Shown here: positions 44,088 to 49,865 of the stretch, one piece after another | Numbering within the stretch: position 1 is the stretch's first letter | Layout: every line of letters begins with the position of its first letter | Source of the DNA: Paracoccaceae bacterium | Lineage (GTDB): Bacteria; Pseudomonadota; Alphaproteobacteria; Rhodobacterales; Rhodobacteraceae | Assembly: GCA_038134005.1 (NCBI GenBank) | Contig: JAYPUL010000019.1 | Span: 1 to 49,865 of the forward strand | Direction: 5' to 3' | DNA: 49,865 bases | Notes under the pieces: generated by a model | What the model saw: the letters and a program-made list of their open reading frames with translations, nothing else | What the model was told of the DNA's origin: nothing | Databases searched by the model: none | Program-made: the position numbers and the translations under genes

Positions 44088-44143
44088 TTTTGGGCTCCGT
44101 ACGTTTTGGAGATACTTTCGTATAATGCTTGGCTTGCCAAGGC

Positions 44144-44995
44144 TTATTTGGGTGAGAAATGATTATTGACGGCGTCGCGCAGCTTTTGGTGGGTTAATGA
44201 ATGTCGATGTCGGATGTGAAACGCGGCAAACACGTCTTGGTAAAGGATCGGTGCATCTTCAACCAATGTAACGATGCCCTGATTTACAAGCGTTATTGCG
44301 GTTTCTTCAAGAACATAGCCTGTGCCGCCAATCGTCATGATCATACCTGCAACCGCCGAATTTTGACCGCATGATAGGCGGGTGTTAGACAAATATGGCA
44401 GGTGTTGTTGGTGTTGACGATCAAACGCCGGCGCATAGTGCGCGCCGATATAATCATTTTCTGTCACGTCTTTTAGTTTTGAAATTTTTGTCGAAATCAT
44501 CCGAAGATTTACGCGGCCCACAGTTTCAAAATGTAAATCGGGCATGAATTTTGGTGTATATAGCACGGCGAAATCAAGATTTCCCGCCAAAAGATCGTTG
44601 CACATTTGATTTGAATAATCGAGTTCCACGTAAAATTCGGCTCGTGGAAAAAGTGTTTGGAATTGTGCCACCCAGTCGCCGATATGTGTGGTTGCAAGGT
44701 CTGTTTGTAACCCTATCCGAATTGAAACATCTACGTTGCCTGTCGCGCGTGTGACGCGTAATGCTTCGCTCCAACTATGGCGAAGACCGCGGGCGTGGGC
44801 TTCGAAAGCGATGCCTGCTGCGGTTAATTCGGTTCCCGCGCGTGATCGTACAAATAGTTTTTTTCCTATTTGGGATTCTAGCGCATTGATTCGGGCGGAT
44901 ACCGTCGATTGTGTAATATTCAATCTCTCGGCGGACTTGTTAAAACTGCGGGTGTCTAAGAGATCCAGAAATGTATCGATCCATTCAATTTGCAT
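44144..44995 (-). CDS. LysR-family transcriptional regulator
   Basis: 283 aa. N-terminal HTH 'LDLLDTRSFNKSAERLNITQSTVSARINALE' plus a LysR substrate-binding domain. Divergent from the MttB-family gene. Confidence 0.85.
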   Translation of the reverse strand: MQIEWIDTFLDLLDTRSFNKSAERLNITQSTVSARINALESQIGKKLFVRSRAGTELTAAGIAFEAHARGLRHSWSEALRVTRATGNVDVSIRIGLQTDLATTHIGDWVAQFQTLFPRAEFYVELDYSNQMCNDLLAGNLDFAVLYTPKFMPDLHFETVGRVNLRMISTKISKLKDVTENDYIGAHYAPAFDRQHQQHLPYLSNTRLSCGQNSAVAGMIMTIGGTGYVLEETAITLVNQGIVTLVEDAPILYQDVFAAFHIRHRHSLTHQKLRDAVNNHFSPK

Positions 44996-45042
44996 GCACC
45001 ACCTAATCGCTTTTTTCGATTAATAACATATGGCATACGCGA

Positions 45043-45064
45043 TTGAATGCAAGCGCTTGAATGC
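45043..45064. promoter_or_regulatory. Candidate LysR operator: direct repeat TTGAATGC-N6-TTGAATGC around the palindrome CAAGCGCTTG
   Basis: Seen directly in the 108-bp divergent region. 'ATGCAAGCGCTTGAAT' is a near-palindrome fitting the T-N11-A LysR box. Confidence 0.4.
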
Positions 45065-45103
45065 CTAGTGTTCTAGAAAATTTATCCAAAAGAGTGATCG
45101 AAC

Positions 45104-46657
45104 ATGACCGATGATTGGCAATCCACAGCTCCGCGTCGATCCGCCCGTGCCGGCGGACGTGATGCAAAACGTGCTATGCGCATGGCGCCGCTGGCCGAAG
45201 AATTGCGCCCAATACGCGCAGGCCTTCCAGGGGGGGCATACCGCCCACTGACGCAGGCGGGAATGGAACAAATTCATGCCGCCGCGTTGGATGCGTTAGA
45301 GCAAATTGGCCTTTCTCAGGCACCTAAATCGGGTGTGGATGCAATGGTTGCGGCGGGGGCATTACTTGGGGATGATGGTCGGCTTAGGTTTCCGCGTGCA
45401 TTGGTCGAGGATATGTTGGCCAAAGCGTCGCGTGATATTACTTTGTTCGGACGCGATCCAAAATATGACCTGCATTTGACCGGAACAAATGTTCATTTCG
45501 GAACCGCTGGCGCAGCTGTTCACATTGTGGATGTGTTGACAAACACATACCGCGATTCAACCGCCCAAGATTTGTATGATGCCGCGCGTTTGACGCACAA
45601 TTTGGATAACGTTCATTTTTTCCAACGCGCAATGGTATGTCGTGATGTGATTGACAACCTCGAAATGGATTTGAATACGATTATGGCCTGTTGTTCGGGC
45701 ACGTCCAAACACGTTGGCACGTCGTTTTCAGATCCAAGTCACGTTGCGCCATGTATGGATATGATCCATACCATTGCAGGTGGGGAAGAAGCATGGCGCG
45801 CGCGCCCATTTATTTCAAATTCGAATTGCTTCGTTGTGCCACCCATGAAATTTGCCGAAGAAAGCTGTATCGCGATGGAACATTGTATCCGTGCGGGCAT
45901 GCCGGTTTTATTGTTGTCGGCCGGACAGGCCGGCGCGACTGCGCCAGCACCGATCGCCTTAGCAATCGTCCAAGCGGTTGCTGAATGTTTGGCAGGTGTG
46001 GTTTATGTCAATTCGATCAAACCGGGTCACCCTGCAATATTCGGGACTTGGCCCTTTGTGTCCGATCTCCGCACAGGTGCAATGTCAGGGGGATCGGCAG
46101 AACAGGCGTTGTTGACCGCAGGTTGTGCGCAAATGCACCAATTCTATGGTTTGCCTGGTGGTGCCGCTGCTGGCATCAGCGATGCAAAACTTCCAGATAT
46201 GCAGGCGGGTTGGGAACAGGGTATCACGAATACTTTGGCTGGCCTATCTGGTTTGAACATGGTTTATGAATCCGTTGGAATGCATGCATCGCTGTTAGGA
46301 TTCTGTTTGGAATCCTTGGTATTGGGTGACGACATTTTGGGCCAAGTTTTGCGCACAGTGCGCGGCATTGATGTCACGCCTGACAGCGTTTCAATTGATG
46401 TCATGAAAGAGGTTTGCTTGGGTGGTCCTGGACATTATCTTGGTGCGGATCAAACACGCGCTTTGATGCAGACGGAATATGTCTATCCAACCGTCGGCAA
46501 TCGCATGAGTCCAAAAGAATGGGTCGAGGCAGACCGACCAATTTTGATCGACAAAGCGATCGAACGGAAAAACGAAATTCTGTCCCGCGCAAAAAGCACG
46601 ATCGATCCGTTGATCGATGCAAAACTGCGTAAAACTTATAACATCTTTTTTCAATAA
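45104..46657 (+). CDS. MttB-superfamily (trimethylamine methyltransferase-like) protein, non-pyrrolysine type; probably a quaternary-amine:corrinoid or THF methyltransferase
   Basis: 517-aa uninterrupted ORF with no in-frame TAG. MttB-family TIM-barrel features, including a Gly-rich region '...GGSAEQALLTAGCAQM...'. Confidence 0.7.
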   Translation: MTDDWQSTAPRRSARAGGRDAKRAMRMAPLAEELRPIRAGLPGGAYRPLTQAGMEQIHAAALDALEQIGLSQAPKSGVDAMVAAGALLGDDGRLRFPRALVEDMLAKASRDITLFGRDPKYDLHLTGTNVHFGTAGAAVHIVDVLTNTYRDSTAQDLYDAARLTHNLDNVHFFQRAMVCRDVIDNLEMDLNTIMACCSGTSKHVGTSFSDPSHVAPCMDMIHTIAGGEEAWRARPFISNSNCFVVPPMKFAEESCIAMEHCIRAGMPVLLLSAGQAGATAPAPIALAIVQAVAECLAGVVYVNSIKPGHPAIFGTWPFVSDLRTGAMSGGSAEQALLTAGCAQMHQFYGLPGGAAAGISDAKLPDMQAGWEQGITNTLAGLSGLNMVYESVGMHASLLGFCLESLVLGDDILGQVLRTVRGIDVTPDSVSIDVMKEVCLGGPGHYLGADQTRALMQTEYVYPTVGNRMSPKEWVEADRPILIDKAIERKNEILSRAKSTIDPLIDAKLRKTYNIFFQ

Positions 46658-46669
46658 CAGGGTCAGAAT

Positions 46670-47569
46670 ATGAAATACGGCTATATTGGCTTGGGGAATT
46701 TGGGCGCAAATTGCGCAGCATGTCTGGTGCGTGATGGTTTTGACGTAACTGTGTTTGACGTTAATCCAGATAACGCAAAAGCGCTGTTGGCCGCAGGTGC
46801 GACATGGGCGAACAGTGCGGCTGAGGTCGCGCAAAATGTCGATCATGTCATAACCTGTTTGCCGTCACCGTCGGTGACGCAAAAGGTCCTTTCCGAAATT
46901 TTACCAGCAATGCGCGATGGAGCCAGCTGGATCGAAATGTCCACTTTGGGGCGCGATGATGTTCTTCGTTTTGCCGAAGTCGCAAAAGTTCACGGTATTC
47001 AAATGTTGGAATTGCCTGTGACGGGTGGTGTACATTTGGCTGCCCAGGGTAAAATCACGATGTTGCCCGGTGGTGAAAAAGAACTGGTTGATTTGCACAT
47101 GCCAGCATTGAAATCCATGGGGGACCGTGTGTTTCACATGGGGCCATTGGGGTCATCATCGATCATTAAGGTGATCACAAACATGCTGGCTTTTATTCAT
47201 CTAAAGGCCTGTTCCGAAGCGTTGATGTTGGCAAAACGTGGTGGTTTGGATTTGGGTCTAGCATGGCATGCTATCGCGGCGAGCTCGGGTAATTCATTCG
47301 TGCATGAAACCGAAGGTGCATTAATTCTAAATGGGTCGTATGACATTGCATTCAACATTGATCTTGCGTTGAAGGATTTGGGCTTTGCGTTGGAATTCGG
47401 ACGTGAATTCGGGGTTCCATTAGATTTGGCGTCGATGACGAATCAAACCTACGTTGCGGCCAAGGCGGCCTATGGCGGCGATGCCCAATCCCCCATGATC
47501 GCAAAATTACTGGAAGATGTCTTGAACACCGATCTGCGCGCTGATGGTTTCCCCGCAAGATTGGAATAG
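46670..47569 (+). CDS. NAD(P)-dependent oxidoreductase of the 3-hydroxyisobutyrate / 6-phosphogluconate dehydrogenase-like family
   Basis: 299 aa. N-terminal Rossmann 'MKYGYIGLGNLGANCAA' and a HIBADH-like C-terminal helical domain. 12 nt downstream of the MttB-like gene. Confidence 0.75.
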   Translation: MKYGYIGLGNLGANCAACLVRDGFDVTVFDVNPDNAKALLAAGATWANSAAEVAQNVDHVITCLPSPSVTQKVLSEILPAMRDGASWIEMSTLGRDDVLRFAEVAKVHGIQMLELPVTGGVHLAAQGKITMLPGGEKELVDLHMPALKSMGDRVFHMGPLGSSSIIKVITNMLAFIHLKACSEALMLAKRGGLDLGLAWHAIAASSGNSFVHETEGALILNGSYDIAFNIDLALKDLGFALEFGREFGVPLDLASMTNQTYVAAKAAYGGDAQSPMIAKLLEDVLNTDLRADGFPARLE

Positions 47570-47585
47570 TGGCCAACAGGTTAGA

Positions 47586-47624
47586 ATTTAAAAAGACGCC
47601 TGCCGCGTGTGGATTAGGCGTCTT
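47586..47624 (-). terminator. Rho-independent terminator overlapping the dnaE stop codon
   Basis: Perfect 9-bp stem AAGACGCCT/AGGCGTCTT with a 14-nt loop that contains the dnaE TAA, followed on the minus strand by TTTTTAAATT. Confidence 0.7.
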
Positions 47625-49865
47625 CGACCTCTAATACACCGCTAAGGCTTTTGATTGCACCTTTGATTTGGGGGTTCATGGGGTATTCCGCACCTGTGTC
47701 CATATGAACTTCGCCTGGTAATTCTGGATGTAGCAAAGTGAATAAGATCGGCCCCTTTGGTCCGGATGTGATGTTTTTACAAGCATCGGAAATGACCTGT
47801 GCGACTGTCGCGATAACCGCAGGCGTATCAACGTAAATTTTCAAACCCACAGCCTCCGCATCCGCAACCGCAATATCCGCAGGCGCAATGGAACGCCCCA
47901 AGAGTTTTAGCTGATCTGCCTCCATCGTCGCTTCGGCGGTAACGACAACCTTGGCCCCGGTTTCTAGGTGATCACGGGATTTTTCCAAGGCTTCGGAAAA
48001 CAATGTGACTTCATACGCGCCCGTTGGATCCGACAACTGAACAAACGCGAATCTATTCCCTTTTGCTGATTTCCGTTCTTGTCGGCCAGCAACAACGCCT
48101 GCCATTTTCGCAATGCATGGGCCCCCTTGTGCTTTGTCCATGACCTCATCCATGGTCATCACGCCCTTGCGTTTTAGCGCGACCATGTAATCATCCAGCG
48201 GATGACCCGATAGGTAAAACCCAATTGCCTTGAATTCTTCGGCCAAACGTTCGGCGGGCAACCAATCGGTGACAGGCATCAGGCGCGGTTCGGGCAGGTC
48301 GTCGCCCGCATCACCGAACAAGGACACTTGGTTTGATGCCTTCTGTTCATGGAAAGCTGCGGAATATTGGGTCAATGCCTCAACGCTTTCAAACACGCGA
48401 CGTCGATTGGCGTCCAACACATCAAACGCCCCGGCGCGGGCCAACATTTCCAATGGGCGTTTGCCGACACGTTTCAAATCGACGCGTCGTGCAAAGTCGA
48501 ACAGGTTTACAAACGGTTTGTCACCTCGTCCGCTTGTGACCAAACGCATGGCTTCGACGCCCACGTTTTTTAACGCGCCCAACGCATAGACCAACGCGCC
48601 GTCCACCACGTCGAAAGTCGCCTCAGATCTATTGACGCACGGCGGCACATAAGGCAGCGACAGACCCTTTTTGACCTCTTCAAAATAGACGGCCAGTTTG
48701 TCGGTTAGGTGAATATCGCAATTCATCACACCGGCCATAAATTCGACCGCATGATTGGCCTTTAACCATCCTGTTTGGTAGGACACCACCGCGTATGCCG
48801 CCGCGTGTGATTTGTTAAAGCCGTAGTTGGCGAATTTTTCCAAAAGGTCGAACACTTCGCCCGCTTTCTTCGCGTCCACGTTATGGGTCGATTTGGCGCC
48901 CTCAACAAATTTGGGCCGTTCTTTGGCCATTTCTTCGGCGATCTTTTTACCCATCGCACGGCGCAACAGGTCTGCACCACCAAGGGAATAGCCCGCCATG
49001 ACCTGCGCGATCTGCATCACCTGTTCTTGGTAAACGATGATCCCTTGGGTTTCGGCCAAAATGTGGTCAATCGTTGGATGGATCGATTCCAACGGTTTTA
49101 GTCCGTGTTTTACCTCACAATAGGTTGGGATGTTTTCCATCGGACCCGGACGATAGAGCGCCACGAGCGCCACGATATCTTCGATACAGGTGGGCTTCAT
49201 CCGCTTTAGGGCATCCATCATGCCCGAACTTTCCACCTGAAACACGGCAACGGTTTTTGCGGCCGAATACAGGTCATAGGTCTTTTTATCGTCAAGCGGG
49301 ATAGCGTTGATTTGATTTTCGGCACCCTCGGCGGGTTCATAAAGCTGTGTGCCATCCGCCGCGATGTGCAGTTGACGTCCTGATTTTAGGATCAGGTCGA
49401 CGGCGTTTTGAATGACAGTTAGGGTTTTCAAACCCAAAAAGTCGAATTTAACCAAACCGGCCTGTTCAACCCATTTCATATTGAATTGCGTCGCGGGCAT
49501 GTCGGATCGCGGATCTTGGTATAGCGGAACCAAAGCGTCTAACGGCCGATCGCCAATAACCACGCCCGCCGCGTGGGTGGATGCATTGCGCAACAGCCCC
49601 TCGACCTGTTGGCCATAGGTCAGCAGGCGATTGACCACCTCTTCGTTTTTGGCCTCTTCGGCCAAGCGCGGCTCGTCCTTTAACGCTTTTTCGATGCTGA
49701 CGGGTTTGACGCCTTCGACAGGGATCATTTTTGACAGGCGATCCACTTGGCCATAGGGCATCTGCAAAACGCGGCCGACATCGCGCACGGCGGCCTTGGA
49801 CAAAAGCGCACCAAAGGTGATGATCTGGGCAACCTTATCGCGACCATATTTTTGTTGAACGTATT
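47614..49865 (-). CDS. dnaE: DNA polymerase III alpha subunit, C-terminal ~750 codons; the gene continues beyond the window end
   Basis: Frame is open to the window edge. Sequence shows DnaE fingers/thumb, the beta-clamp-binding region and the OB-fold C-terminus ('...AFDFARRVDLKRVGKRPLEMLARAGAFD...'). Confidence 0.9.
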   Translation of the reverse strand, partial: YVQQKYGRDKVAQIITFGALLSKAAVRDVGRVLQMPYGQVDRLSKMIPVEGVKPVSIEKALKDEPRLAEEAKNEEVVNRLLTYGQQVEGLLRNASTHAAGVVIGDRPLDALVPLYQDPRSDMPATQFNMKWVEQAGLVKFDFLGLKTLTVIQNAVDLILKSGRQLHIAADGTQLYEPAEGAENQINAIPLDDKKTYDLYSAAKTVAVFQVESSGMMDALKRMKPTCIEDIVALVALYRPGPMENIPTYCEVKHGLKPLESIHPTIDHILAETQGIIVYQEQVMQIAQVMAGYSLGGADLLRRAMGKKIAEEMAKERPKFVEGAKSTHNVDAKKAGEVFDLLEKFANYGFNKSHAAAYAVVSYQTGWLKANHAVEFMAGVMNCDIHLTDKLAVYFEEVKKGLSLPYVPPCVNRSEATFDVVDGALVYALGALKNVGVEAMRLVTSGRGDKPFVNLFDFARRVDLKRVGKRPLEMLARAGAFDVLDANRRRVFESVEALTQYSAAFHEQKASNQVSLFGDAGDDLPEPRLMPVTDWLPAERLAEEFKAIGFYLSGHPLDDYMVALKRKGVMTMDEVMDKAQGGPCIAKMAGVVAGRQERKSAKGNRFAFVQLSDPTGAYEVTLFSEALEKSRDHLETGAKVVVTAEATMEADQLKLLGRSIAPADIAVADAEAVGLKIYVDTPAVIATVAQVISDACKNITSGPKGPILFTLLHPELPGEVHMDTGAEYPMNPQIKGAIKSLSGVLEVEDA

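Noticed and set aside
45104-46657. Pyrrolysine-containing trimethylamine methyltransferase (true MttB)
   Set aside because: The ORF is uninterrupted by an in-frame TAG and there are no pyl genes or corrinoid proteins nearby, so it is a non-Pyl MttB-superfamily member.
1-49865. tRNA, rRNA, CRISPR arrays, IS elements or integrases
   Set aside because: A scan for T-arm-like GTTCGAATC/GGTTCGA motifs found only the F0 terminator region (2248-2262), which has no tRNA cloverleaf context. No repeated spacer-repeat arrays were seen. No transposase- or integrase-like ORFs appear in the track.

Overview
This ~50-kb window looks like an alphaproteobacterial (Roseobacter/SAR116-like) chromosome of moderate GC content. 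It is mostly a dense array of recognisable metabolic operons, in this order. (1) 3' part of the ATP synthase F0 operon (atpB-atpE-b'-b) with a bidirectional terminator pair. (2) A large sulfonate/taurine catabolic island: a putative cytoplasm-facing SoeABC-type sulfite dehydrogenase transcriptionally linked to a short-form citrate synthase, then pta, ackA and xsc, a MocR-type regulator (TauR), an unexpected AT-rich XRE-HTH gene, tpa and tauABC. (3) An NAD-dependent formate dehydrogenase operon fdsGB-[DUF4287]-A-fdhD-fdsD. (4) A conserved hemY-like / Mic60-like / hemD cluster, divergent from tsaD-gpsA-yciI-EVE. (5) An AT-rich ~1.8-kb insert with two tandem paralogous genes of unknown function, each carrying an N-terminal lesion, preceded by a shared CCCCAAAAGGGGGG palindrome. 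(6) A DEAD-box helicase with a long leader, and an SPFH protein. (7) A xanthine-dehydrogenase-family molybdoenzyme (M-S-L order) followed directly by a MoaD/ThiS-like GG-terminal protein and a single-domain rhodanese. (8) aqpZ, an SDR, a nitroreductase, and a LysR-regulated pyrrolysine-free MttB-family methyltransferase plus a HIBADH-like dehydrogenase. (9) The 3' end of dnaE, running off the window. No rRNA, tRNA, CRISPR or IS element was seen. The most novel-looking content is the tandem paralog island, the MoaD-like plus rhodanese appendage to the molybdoenzyme operon, the extra HTH gene inside the tau locus, and the DUF4287 insertion in the fds operon. All calls rest on reading ORF translations and sequence patterns by eye; no searches were run.
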